DNA of 63,891 nt, counting the filler, from Thraustochytrium aureum (lineage: Eukaryota): NCBI GenBank assembly GCA_012862495.1. It is 8 parts of 6 records of this genome, joined end to end, with 100 filler letters (N's around TTAATTAATTAA, not from the genome) between each part and the next. Parts side by side here need not be neighbours in the genome. Positions count along the whole stretch, not along the records: positions 28,126 to 57,752 come from BLSG01000420.1; positions 57,853 to 60,131 come from BLSG01000422.1; 6 more parts are not named here. One strand, written 5' to 3'. Shown here piece by piece: positions 47,886-58,526 of this stretch (position 1 is its first letter; the number at the start of each line of letters is the position of its first letter). Made by a program: the position numbers and the translations under genes. The notes beneath the pieces are model-generated. The model did no database searches, was not told where the DNA came from, and saw only the letters and a program-made list of their open reading frames with translations.

Positions 47886-47911
47886 TGCTGCTGCTGCTGC
47901 TGCTGCTGCTG
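47886..47911. repeat. (CTG)n trinucleotide repeat upstream of the CBS gene
   Basis: About 8 perfect ctg units. Confidence 0.85.
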
Positions 47912-48749
47912 TCTACTATGTGACAGAATCTCCCGCCGTCACGACTCGCGCGTCACGATACCCCCCATACGCGTCACCGCTCGAGGGCTGCGTGTTGCTC
48001 GTCCGACCCGTCCCCGTCGCAGGAGGAAACAAAAGGGGAGCAAGTGAGTACTGTACTCTAGAGTAGAGTAGGTATGTCCTCCTCTCAGCTCAGACGCTGG
48101 CCCGGCAGTGCCGGTATGTAGTACGTCCCTCGCTCTAACCGGCTACTAGGCTACAGTAGCCAGCTCAAGCTGGCCATGATCAGGTGCCAGCGGCTGCGGC
48201 GTATGGCTCCAGCTCTACTCGCGGAAGCATGATTCGTCCTACTCTCACCGGAAGAATGTCTTCCGGAGGCGGCCAAACCGTACGCAACAGTAGAAGGCGT
48301 TCTTGCATTGACTCGGCGCCTCTGGCGATTTTCTGCACGACCTGCTCCACCTGCAAGCCCGGTGAGGAGGGAATGGACTCGGACTCGGAATCAATCGATC
48401 AACAACTGCGCTTCCGAATGATGCCTCGCCTCCTACGTACCGGTACGGAGTACTCTACTCTATACTCTAGAGTAGAGTGCTCCTACTACTACTGAGCTCG
48501 GACACCACACTCCTCCTCCAACTCACCTCACTCCACTCGGCCGACAACTCGCTCCGACATGGCTCGCGCCGACTTGCCGCAGGCCTCAGTGCCTTGTCGT
48601 CGATCGCGCACGGGCTCCGGCGCTCTCCAGAGGGATTGGAAGACTCGCGCGGCGCGCAAGCTGGGCCGTTGCCGTCGCTGGGCCGCGTAGGTCGTGGACC
48701 CGTGCGTGGTCTCTGCGCTGGGTTGGTCGGAAGGCAGCCGGCGACAGAG

Positions 48750-49439
48750 ATGGCGTACTCCAAGTCGGGCGTGCTCGTGGCCGTCTGGCTGGTGATGAAG
48801 CTGCTGTTTCTGCTGTTCGTGGGGTTGAGCTGGAAGGTGAGCAACCAGTTCTTGATCGAGTGCCGCGCAGACCACGACAAGCTCTGCGCCAAGACAAGGC
48901 GCTCCGCCTCGTTTGCAGCTCTGTGGATGACCTTCATGGCGCTCGTTCTCTCTGTCGGGGGCAACTTGGCGCTACGCAAGTACCGCAACTCGATGGCTCT
49001 CGGCGTGTTCATCGGCGTCTCGCTCATGATGGCCAACTGGTTCCTTGTCACCGCGGTTGACTTTGCCAACATCGTCATCGAGAAGAAGGAGGCCATCGAC
49101 CAGATCAACACGGGCGAAAGTGGCGACCTCAAGGTGCACTTTCGCTTGATAATCGAAGGTGCAGCCGCGCTGTCGACTGTCCTCGCGTTCATGTACGCCG
49201 TCTTTGCGGCCCTGCTCGTGTACTTTCGCGTCGAACTGTTGCGCGGCGCCCCGCACTTGCAAGAGGACGACGACGGCGACACGTACGAGCTTTCGCCGCA
49301 CAGGCGGTGCGTCGTGGTCCAAGCCGACGGGCTCGTCAAGCCGCACTCGTTCGGCGCCGCCGGGGACAACGAAACGTCTTCCACGAACCGCTCGTTGCCC
49401 TCACAAGACAAGGTGCGTGCAGCGATGGCGGTCGTGTAG
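48750..49439 (+). CDS. Hypothetical four-pass membrane protein
   Basis: ATG 48750, four hydrophobic segments, and a Cys pair in the first loop. Confidence 0.75.
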   Translation: MAYSKSGVLVAVWLVMKLLFLLFVGLSWKVSNQFLIECRADHDKLCAKTRRSASFAALWMTFMALVLSVGGNLALRKYRNSMALGVFIGVSLMMANWFLVTAVDFANIVIEKKEAIDQINTGESGDLKVHFRLIIEGAAALSTVLAFMYAVFAALLVYFRVELLRGAPHLQEDDDGDTYELSPHRRCVVVQADGLVKPHSFGAAGDNETSSTNRSLPSQDKVRAAMAVV

Positions 49440-49571
49440 GAGCAATCAATTCCCATGGGGGCCGTTTTGTTGGAGGTGGCGCCAGCCTGGCAACGCGAGA
49501 GCTATTGCGTGCGTGTAAGTACAAGTATTGATTTCTTTCGTCTCATCTCTACCAAGAGAGCAGATTGGTGG

Positions 49572-51514
49572 TCACCGAAGGTTCGCGCGCAGAATCTGCA
49601 AAAGCTGCGGGTACGTCTCGGAGAGGCTCAGGAACTCCTCCTGCGTCAACGCCTGGCCAGAAGAGCGCTTCTCGAGCGCCTGAAGGATGTCCTGGGTCTC
49701 CTTCATACCTGATCGCAGCTGGTTCTCGCTGGCCGCAAGGAGCCCCTTGATGTCCGCGTCCTGGACGTTGCCCGAGTTGTCGGCGTCAAAGAGGTCAAAG
49801 TAAAAGTCCAGGCAGTCCTCGCTCTCTTCTTCGCTCTGGCTCTGCTGGTTGATGAGAAGGCTAAGGCCGCGCAGAATCTCCTCGAACGAGACGCTGTCGC
49901 TCCCGTCCGTGTCGAAAGTGTCGAAGAGGCGGTCGAGCTGCTTTTGCTGGTCGAGCCGCGTCAGCCCAAAGTGCTTGCCCATTATGCGGCGAAACTCTTT
50001 GCGCGACATAGCCTGCCGCCGCCGGCTCCGCCGATGCATTGTGGCGTACTCGCGATACAGCCCCTTGAGGCTCTCGAGGTTGAACACTGGCCCATTGCCG
50101 CCCCCAGGGTGGGCCGACACCTGCAGCTCCTCCATCACGTCAAACGCCGTGGTTGGGAGCGGCAGAGCGCGCATGAGGCTCTTGAACAGCTTGGGGTTGC
50201 CCTGGAGCGCCTTCTTGAACTCGTCCAGGGAAATGGTGCCGTTGTTGTCACGGTCCAGGTAGCTGAAAAAGTCGCGCGAGTACGAGATGCTGGCCTGCAT
50301 GTCGCCCTGGCTTTGGCTGATCACGTGCGTAAACTCCTGCAGGTTGATCCGCCCGTCCGAGGAGAGGTCGATGCAGCTAAACATCAAGTGGATCTTTTCC
50401 TCCACCGAGCACTTGAGCGTCTTGGTGAGGCCGATGATAAACTCTTGGAACGAAACTGTCCCGTTCCCGTCGGTGTCGAAGAGCGTAAAAAGCCGCAACA
50501 ACAGGCTCTGATGCCCGCTCAGCTGCGGGTACTCCCTGGTCAGGAACGCGCAAAACTTGTCCACTGTGAGCGCGGTGGACATCGCTTGCTCGAAAAACCG
50601 CTCGCGGAGAGATTCGAGATCCCCAACCGTAAAGTGAGTGATGTCTTGCAGCTCGAGCAGCGTGCTGTCTTTAGCCACCGACTCGAGGTACTGCGAACGC
50701 CGCGCGTTGTTGCGCGAGCGCCTACTCGCCCCCCCCGCAAACCGCCTCGCCGCTGCGCCGCTCCCGCGCCCCCTGCAGGCCGCGACGCAAACCGGGGCGG
50801 GAACAGCCCCTTGTGCAGCTGGGCGCGCCGCTCTTCTGCACGCGCAAGCTTGGCCTCCCACGCCTCGGACTTTTCTTCCCAGCGGGCAAAGTGCTTCTCC
50901 TCTGCAGTGCGCAGCCGCTGGCGCCGCTTTTGCGAAACGTGGTCGTCAAACTCTCTCAGAGTCGCGCGCCAGGCTTCCGGCTCGCCCTCGCACGCGCCAG
51001 CGCCGCCTCCGCCGCAGAGCTCGCCCAGTGCAACGCGGGGTAGGCAGCGTGGTTTGCTTGCGGCAGACCCGCCCGACGCCGGCTCGGCCCGTGGCGGTGC
51101 CGCAAGCACGCTCGATTTGCGCCGCCCTGTGAGCGACCGGGATGAACCAATCTGGCCCCGCTGCAAGTGGACCCGTCTTTGCTGCCCGTGGCTCGATGCA
51201 AACGCATAGATTCGCGCAACGGGTACGCGCCCAGTCCCTTGCGAGTCCAGCGCCTCGAACACGGCGTCGAGCTCGCTCCCCGTCGCATCCACGCCCAGGA
51301 GCACCGACCCTTTCATGAAGGCGGCCTTGTTCAGCATCCCGTCGTCCTCTTTGTCCACGGCGGCCATCACCGAGTCCAAGAGCTCACCCGCATCGCCTTT
51401 TGCGTCCCCGCGCCTCCTGTTCGTCCCCAGCGCCTTCACGACGCTGTGCCGGATGGCATAGTGAAGGTCGATCGGGGCGCTGGCCCCGGCCGGGCCCGAC
51501 TGCGCCCCGCCCAT
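49572..51514 (-). CDS. N-myristoylated multi-EF-hand calcium-binding protein (about 8-9 EF loops); one frame break near 50750
   Basis: MGGAQS start; loops DKEDDGMLN, DSQGTGRV, DTDGNGTVSFQE, DLSSDGRINLQE, DRDNNGTISLDE, DTDGSDSVSFEE and DADNSGNV. Confidence 0.88.
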
Positions 51515-52172
51515 GCCGTCTCGGCCGGCGACCGCAGGCCTGCTGCGTGGCTCTTGGCGCAGCTCGCTNNNNNNNNNNNNNNNNNNNNNNNNNNNNNNNN
51601 NNNNNNNNNNNNNNNNNNNNNNNNNNNNNNNNNNNNNNNNNNNNNNNNNNNNNNNNNNNNNNNNNNNNNNNNNNNNNNNNNNNNNNNGTCGAGGCAGCCA
51701 AGGAGCATCTGCCGCGGACCAGAACCTTGCCAAGCGTTTCAAGGGGCCGCCGCATGCAGCACAACCTGCACAAATGCGCCGCTCCGAGCGCCAGAGCAAG
51801 TTTGTAAGGCGGAAAGCCCGCGCGGCGCGCAGAATCGTCCGTCACGTACGCAGAGTCGTTTCTGCAACGCCAAATGTCCGTTGGCCACGGCAGGGTTGCA
51901 ATCGCCACCACGTCGGGAGCAGCGGTGGGAATCGTGCAGAGCTGCGACGGGCGGCTTGGCCAACAACGAGACGGCGAGGCCGAGGCCGAGGCCGAACAGC
52001 TGCGAGCGCAGCGCGTGGACGGATGCCTGAAGATTTGTGATCGGTCTTTGCAGAGCGTCAGCGCTGACTCGGCTCTGCTTGATCAAGACAAGCGCTGACA
52101 GCGCGTGTTTTTTTTGGCGCGCCGTCAACGCTGGACGGCTGCGACGAGGCAGGGCAGGGCGGTGGCTCGAGC

Positions 52173-54166
52173 ATGACTGGCCGCATGGAGCTTTTGCTCC
52201 CTGACTCCGGGGGGCAGGGCCGCCGGAAGAGCGCTGAAAAGGACCTTGATAGGGGCGCGGCGAGGCGAAAGTCAGGCATGTTTATCATGGAGGAAGAGGA
52301 AATCGCATCGCCAGGTTTGTTGGAATCGGCTGTGGACAAGTACGAGAAAAGCCTAACGAGCGAGAACGTCTTGGGGCTCCAGTTCTCGTGGCGCACTTTC
52401 CTCGAGCACCTTGTCGTCGAATTCATGGCCAGCTTCTTCCCAATCGTTGCGATTGCTGCTGGATGGGCCATCCTGGGAACGAATGCTCTCGTATACGGCC
52501 ACTTTATTCCTGGCCGGTACACCTGCGGCAACTCTAACATTCGTGGCGTACTCTCGCAGTTTGTGTTGAGCATCGTGAACTGGGCGGTCGTGGCCGAGAT
52601 CGTGCGCACGCTGTCTACCGGCGCGCCAACGTTGCTCGACACGAGCTTTGATATCATTCTGATGACACTGCTCATTGTCTGCCGCAACATCCAAGTCGCT
52701 TTCAAGTACGCTAGCAAGTCCCGGGCACGGACGCTCTTGGAACGCAAGGTTGGCCGATCGCGAGCTGCGGCGAAGGCCGAGATGATTATCACGTACACGC
52801 GCAGAGTGACACCGTTCATGGTCTTCGATCAACTCGTGGCCTCCTCTTTGTCGCAGAAAGACAGGCACTGCGCGACGACATTGGTGTTTCTCTCAAGCAA
52901 GACCGCGGCAGAAAAGATTCGGATTCGGAACGTTTTCGTCGCCGCGGTGGAACAGCACCAGCGTCAATATGCAGAACTCTGTGCTGCCAACAAAAGGCTC
53001 TGTGCATCCAACAAGTCGGCCAAAATCGCAGTCTCAAGCGCTTTTCAAAGCATGGACCTAAGAGTCCCGGTCGCAAATCCAAAGCCGGGCGCAACGATGG
53101 AACCTGGAGTGGACACGGAGGAGAGCTTTTTGGAGGTTCGACTCGTCGAGTATCTGCTTGATGCTGCAATTCGCTCGTTCGAGGGCATAGACACGCGCAC
53201 AGGCTTCGATTTTGCAAGGCGCGGCGCTCTGGTCCACCTGCTCCTGGAAATAGTACGGGTCGGCTTCCGGATCCGCCTAAGCGAGACGTTGACAGAGCTC
53301 TCAGTGGCGGTGGCCTGCGCCGTGGCCATCTCGCGCTTCACTTACGTTGTGAACATCCAGTACTTTATCACCGCCGCGCTGATTCACTACCAGAGAGTGC
53401 ACGTAGTGCTTCGCTCGCACCTAGACCTCATTCAGGGAGCGCGGCGGGCAACAGCAAGTGTGCTATTCGCCAAATGGAGCTCATCCGCCCAACGACAAAC
53501 GCTGCAGGAGGGCAGACGCAGGACAAGAACGGCGCCTTGGTCCTCGAGCGACTCTGGATCCCCAACGTGTTTGCCTGGGCGAACGGCTTTGATATTCTCA
53601 AGGACTTTGGGCACGGCTTCACCATCCGGTTCAACCTGGCAATCTTACTACACCTTCTAGCAGGTTTGCTGTTTACAAGCGCCGCTCTGATGCGCGTCAG
53701 CCGCGAGAACTTTGCCAGCGTGGACCTGCTCGACATGCTTGTCTTCTTGTTTGATTTTGGTGTCAGCGGCGCGCTCTTGGTGATGTGCATGCTGGAGATC
53801 AGCCGCATCAACGCCTTGCACACACGCACTTACTCTCGCTTTCTCTCCGCGATGCGTTCTCAGGTTGACACTATTGCTTACAAGGTGTCATACGAGAACC
53901 TTTCACTAACTGCGACAGAGGAGCTCGCGGCGCTCAGCGAGCGCTTCCCCGAGCGCGACCAGCTGGTGAATTACCTCGAGCAGCTCTCGGATTCGATCAG
54001 CCTCATCCGCGAGAGAATCGCCCTCAAGCCGCAGTTAACCCTCGCGGGTTTGACGGTCAGCGAGAAATCCCTGAAAGGCGCTCTTGCAGGCACCATCTCC
54101 ATGCTGGCGCTGATTTTCAACATGGCGCGCTACTCCTCGACGCTCGCCAGCGCCGGTGGACAGTGA
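52173..54166 (+). CDS. Multi-pass membrane protein, candidate 7TM ion channel (GRL/PHTF-like), paralog 1; one frame break at GGG 53435-53437
   Basis: About 7-8 hydrophobic segments; VAFKYA, PNVFAWANGFDILKDFG, RINALH and C-terminal PQLTLAGLTVSEKSLKGALAGTISMLALIFN. The CDS is secure but the family call is motif-based. Confidence 0.7.
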
Positions 54167-55563
54167 CTTGGGGCAAGCAGCGCTTGCCAACGCAAAGCCA
54201 CATCGGTAGCGCAGCTTTTTGCCGCTGATAGGATTGGTCCTCTTTAGAACAAATCCCATGTGCTGTTCCGGCGGCCTGATTTTGGGCGATCGGTTATCTC
54301 GGCAACAAACAACGAGCAAGCTTGGAAATGAGCGCAGCGATTCTGTTTGGTGAGCGTTGTTTTTGTATTTCGGAGGCTTGTTGCTGTCGCCGCGCCGCGT
54401 CTGATCTTGGACTCGCAGGGTTTCGGCTGCCGGTTCATGTTCGCGCCTCACTGTTTGGCATCCTAGAGCAAAGACCCCAGCAACCCTACGCCTGGCTTTT
54501 CTGCTTGTCGGGACGGGCTCCATTGAGCTTGAAGCATCCCGCTTTTCGCAAGCTACTGACGTCCAACCTTTCGTTTCCGCCTCCATGGCAATCCACAAAG
54601 CAGCCAGAGCGCAATCCGCTGCTGCTGCGCGCGCTGCGCGCGCGAGGCGAGAGCGTGTGCGGAGAGCGTGTGCGGAGAGCGTGTGGGCCGGGCTGGGCTG
54701 GTCGACCCGCGAATCGCGCCAGGTCAGTCCGTCGCAAAGATTCGCGCTCCTCACCCAACTCACCCAACGGACACGTCTGTTGTTGGACGGGTTTGGGCCG
54801 AGTTGGCGAGGCCGACACCCAGCGCAACCTGCCGAAGCAGCGAGCGAGGCGGCATTGGCGCCTGTCTCTGTAATATCGAATATCTATTGGTGGAAGACCC
54901 GCCACAGTAGGTACGAGGTCGAGTCGGCCAGGGGCAAGCAAATGCACCGCAACGGATCCCTGTTTCTTAGTTGATCTCGAGTAGGGCTGGATGCCGGCGA
55001 TCATGGTGACAGGACCACACGCTGATGCAGAGACGCGAGAGTTGAGCGAATGAAATGAACTGAGCGTAAACATGGACGTGTGTTTGTCGCCGCCGCCCCG
55101 TTGTTGTTGGCCACATCCGGTCAAAACGTCGTCGCGGGCAAGTCGCGGGGTATGTAATTCTTTGGACGCCGATCAGGTTGGCGCGGTGCGACGAACGGTG
55201 ACGGTATGCGGTGACGAGCGGGTCGCGTGCGCGACTGGCGCGNNNNNNNNNNNNNNNNNNNNNNNNNNNNNNNNNNNNNNNNNNNNNNNNNNNNNNNNNN
55301 NNNNNNNNNNNNNNNNNNNNNNNNNNNNNNNNNNNNNNNNNNNNNNNNNNNNNNNNNNNNNNNNNNNNNNNNNNNNNNNNNCTCATTTTCGAAGGTACCT
55401 AAACAACTCGAACGAAAACGGCTCTGGATCCGCTTCGTGCAATTGGAAGATTTGGTGCTGCCTGCATCCTGGCTGTCTGCCTGCCGTAGGGCCCGGCGGA
55501 AGTTCCGTTTGGTTTCTGTGTCCGCAGAGTCGCAAAGCGTGGCCACGGCCTGCTCGCGGCGCG

Positions 55564-57681
55564 ATGGACCCGGCGGACGGCGTCGCGCCGCATGCCGCGA
55601 GCGCGGGCAGGCTCCAGGGAGGCGATGTCGCCGATGCGATCGCGCAAGTCGACGGAAGCAATGAAGAGAGAGACGGCGTCCGGCTTCGAACCCGCGTAGC
55701 TAAGGCCGGTGTGGACGCGGGAGGGACTCGCACGCGGAGACGAAAAGGCCGCAATGGCAGGCGGTACGAGTTGAGCGAGGAGCGGGGCAACATGTACGGC
55801 ATTAGCTTCAGCCTGGTCAACTTCCTTGAGACGTTTCTTTGCGAGATGGCTTTCGGGTTCGGGGGACCATTTGCGTACCCAATCATTTTGCCAATTGTCG
55901 GCGTGAAGGGGGCAATCGTTTCCTCGTTCATCCCGGGTTACTATGCGGACGGGAAGAGCAACTTTATGTCGTTCGGCATGCAAACGTTGCTGTGGCTCTG
56001 CATTCTTCCGTCGCTAGTCGGGTTCGCTAGCGGAGATAGCGATGAGGTCCTCCAGCGGCTCATCTCGCTGACGTACGACGGCATCCTCACGTGGGGCCTG
56101 ATCGTGTCCCGGCACTTTCTGGTGGCCATCAAGTACGCGTTTGTGCCAAGGAAGCGTCTCCTTGACATTCGTACCGCCGGGCGCACGCAAGTTTCGCAGA
56201 ATGGGGAGACGATGATCCCATTCTCGCTTGTGCCGCCTTCGTACATGCTCCTCGATCAGCTCGAGGTAACCTACTTGCTCCACGAAGAGCCGCAGATGGT
56301 CCAAACGTTTCTGTGCCGCACGCCCCTCAGCAAGGACGCGCTCCGTGAGTACGACCAAGCGCTCAAACGATCCAAACGACTTCACCGAAGCGCCGTCGGA
56401 TCAGTCCGCAGGAGCGCGAATCATTTCCGCAAAGGCGCGGCGGCGGTCGCGCCCGCCTCGCAAACTGAGCAAGACGTGACGTCTGAAACGCCAGACTTGA
56501 GTGGGTCAAGCCACAGTGGATCTGATACTGAGAGCTCGAGGTCCCAGGCGTCCGCCTACGACTCGGGCAAACTGCACCCTCTGCCTGTGGAGCGCGAGGA
56601 CATACAGATCCCAATTGAGGAGGAAGACGACCTCTCTGACGATGCTGACGTGGACGCCGCCGAGCTTGCCACGATTGGCGAGGTGCCCGTGCGCGCCTTG
56701 TTGTTCCACATGGTCCACCGGGTCTTTAAGCGTGTGACCGCCGTCCGCGCAATAAAGATGTTTGGCGTTGGGGCGGCTTTGCACGTCCTGCTCGAGATTC
56801 TTACGATTAGACTCAAGGTGGGAGCACTCGAGGAGCCTTTGACAATCACAAACTGGCACTACGTGGTGTTGTCCTCGCTTTCGTTCTCGCGGTGGCTGTA
56901 CTTGGCCAACGTGAACGTCTTCATTTCCTGCTCTCACACTCACTTTCAGCGGATTCAGCTCCTGATGACTGTCCACCTCTCTTTGCTGGAGCCGCCAGCC
57001 GGCGCTCGCGACGCGAATCAAGAGAAAGACACGGGCAAAGACGTGGCGATCGCGCGAGAGATTCTGAGCGAGTTTAGTGTTCGCGTTGAGCGATACTACG
57101 TCCCCAACATAGTAGCTTGGGGCCACAGCCTCCGCATTCTTCGCAACTATGCGCGTGTCTTCACGGTCCGCTTCAACCTGTGCTGCGCTTCCTACGTGTT
57201 GGCCTCTGGCATATTCCTTCTTTTCTCGGCCGGGCGCCACATCCTCGGCATCGAAGACACGACAACGGCTGGCATTATCGTGGCTGCCTTTGACCTTGGT
57301 GTTACGACGGTCAACCTCTCTGTTTCGCTCACAGAGGCTGCAAAGGTCAATGCGCTGCATGAGCAGCGCTACCCGCAGTTCTTGACCTGGCTCCGCTCTC
57401 GAGTGCAACAACTGCGCTTCATCCTTTCCATCAAAGAGCGCTGCGAAACGGCGGAGCGAGAGTTGGCTCCCGTCCGCCAGCGCGTTGGGACTGACGTCGG
57501 CGTCATGCAAACCTATTTGCACAAGGTTCAAAGCGCGCTGGAGCACGAGCAGAGCAAGCTAGCGTTCGTGCGGCCCATCACGCTCCTTGGCAAGCCTGTG
57601 ACGGACAAGTACCTCAAGTCCGTGCTGACAGGCGCAGTCACGTTCACTCTCCTGCTTTTCAACATCATGCGTGTCGCATGA
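55564..57681 (+). CDS. Multi-pass membrane protein, candidate 7TM ion channel (GRL/PHTF-like), paralog 2
   Basis: Intact 705-aa ORF collinear with paralog 1: VAIKYA, PNIVAWGHSLRILRNY, KVNALH and RPITLLGKPVTDKYLKSVLTGAVTFTLLLFN. Confidence 0.75.
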   Translation: MDPADGVAPHAASAGRLQGGDVADAIAQVDGSNEERDGVRLRTRVAKAGVDAGGTRTRRRKGRNGRRYELSEERGNMYGISFSLVNFLETFLCEMAFGFGGPFAYPIILPIVGVKGAIVSSFIPGYYADGKSNFMSFGMQTLLWLCILPSLVGFASGDSDEVLQRLISLTYDGILTWGLIVSRHFLVAIKYAFVPRKRLLDIRTAGRTQVSQNGETMIPFSLVPPSYMLLDQLEVTYLLHEEPQMVQTFLCRTPLSKDALREYDQALKRSKRLHRSAVGSVRRSANHFRKGAAAVAPASQTEQDVTSETPDLSGSSHSGSDTESSRSQASAYDSGKLHPLPVEREDIQIPIEEEDDLSDDADVDAAELATIGEVPVRALLFHMVHRVFKRVTAVRAIKMFGVGAALHVLLEILTIRLKVGALEEPLTITNWHYVVLSSLSFSRWLYLANVNVFISCSHTHFQRIQLLMTVHLSLLEPPAGARDANQEKDTGKDVAIAREILSEFSVRVERYYVPNIVAWGHSLRILRNYARVFTVRFNLCCASYVLASGIFLLFSAGRHILGIEDTTTAGIIVAAFDLGVTTVNLSVSLTEAAKVNALHEQRYPQFLTWLRSRVQQLRFILSIKERCETAERELAPVRQRVGTDVGVMQTYLHKVQSALEHEQSKLAFVRPITLLGKPVTDKYLKSVLTGAVTFTLLLFNIMRVA

Positions 57682-57854
57682 CCGCCAGCATGCACCCTCG
57701 AGGGGACTTGGACGAAGAGCTCATGACGAAGACTTGGAGCTCTGATGACGACNNNNNNNNNNNNNNNNNNNNNNNNNNNNNNNNNNNNNNNNNNNNTTAA
57801 TTAATTAANNNNNNNNNNNNNNNNNNNNNNNNNNNNNNNNNNNNNNNNNNNNAC

Positions 57855-58466
57855 GGAGATGACAACTGGGGGTCGTCCAAGGTTTTCGCGTTTCAGATCA
57901 ACCTCGCCTCGGTCCCGCGCCGCATGCAGGAAATCGTGGGGCGGTCGGGGCTGCTGCAGGTGGCCATCGCGGACGGAGAGTTCTGGAACGATGCTGATGT
58001 TCGCATCGTTCCAGAAGATGACTTGCACCTGCTCGTGCTGCGTCGACCCACCAGTGAGCCTTCGGCGATGGGCGAGCTGCCGGACGGTGAGTACCGAACC
58101 AAGGTGCCGTGCTTGGCCATCGTGGGGTGGGTAGAACGGGACGACTACCCGGGGCCTGACGACGAGCGCTTTGCTGTCGACGATAGCCATCGTATTGAGC
58201 AGACCGACCCAGCTTTCTCTGGCGTGCTCCAAATCCCGCTGGACAAGTTTGGCGGCTTCGCCATCTACCGCCAGGACTGGCCCCGTTCGCCTTTGCAGCG
58301 CAAAGTTTGCTCATGTGGATCAACACATCTTTATCGAGGCGAGGTTTTCCACATGGAGGACCAGGGAATGCTCCGGTTTCGGCTCGGGGACGGTGGAACA
58401 TGCCAACTGATTTACTGCCCAAACAACTTCGACAGCACAGTCAGCTTTGATGGTGCGTGCAATTGA
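57855..58466 (+). CDS. DUF1963/YwqG-like protein, 5'-partial
   Basis: FAFQINLASVP, GLLQV, IVGWVERDDYP, DKFGGF, CSCG, GDGGTCQLIYCP and SFDGAC* follow the DUF1963 motif order. Confidence 0.7.
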   Translation, partial: GDDNWGSSKVFAFQINLASVPRRMQEIVGRSGLLQVAIADGEFWNDADVRIVPEDDLHLLVLRRPTSEPSAMGELPDGEYRTKVPCLAIVGWVERDDYPGPDDERFAVDDSHRIEQTDPAFSGVLQIPLDKFGGFAIYRQDWPRSPLQRKVCSCGSTHLYRGEVFHMEDQGMLRFRLGDGGTCQLIYCPNNFDSTVSFDGACN

Positions 58467-58526
58467 AACCATGTCTGTGTTTCGATCCAGCACTCAAGTG
58501 CCCAAGTTCAGCCCATACGTTTCGAT

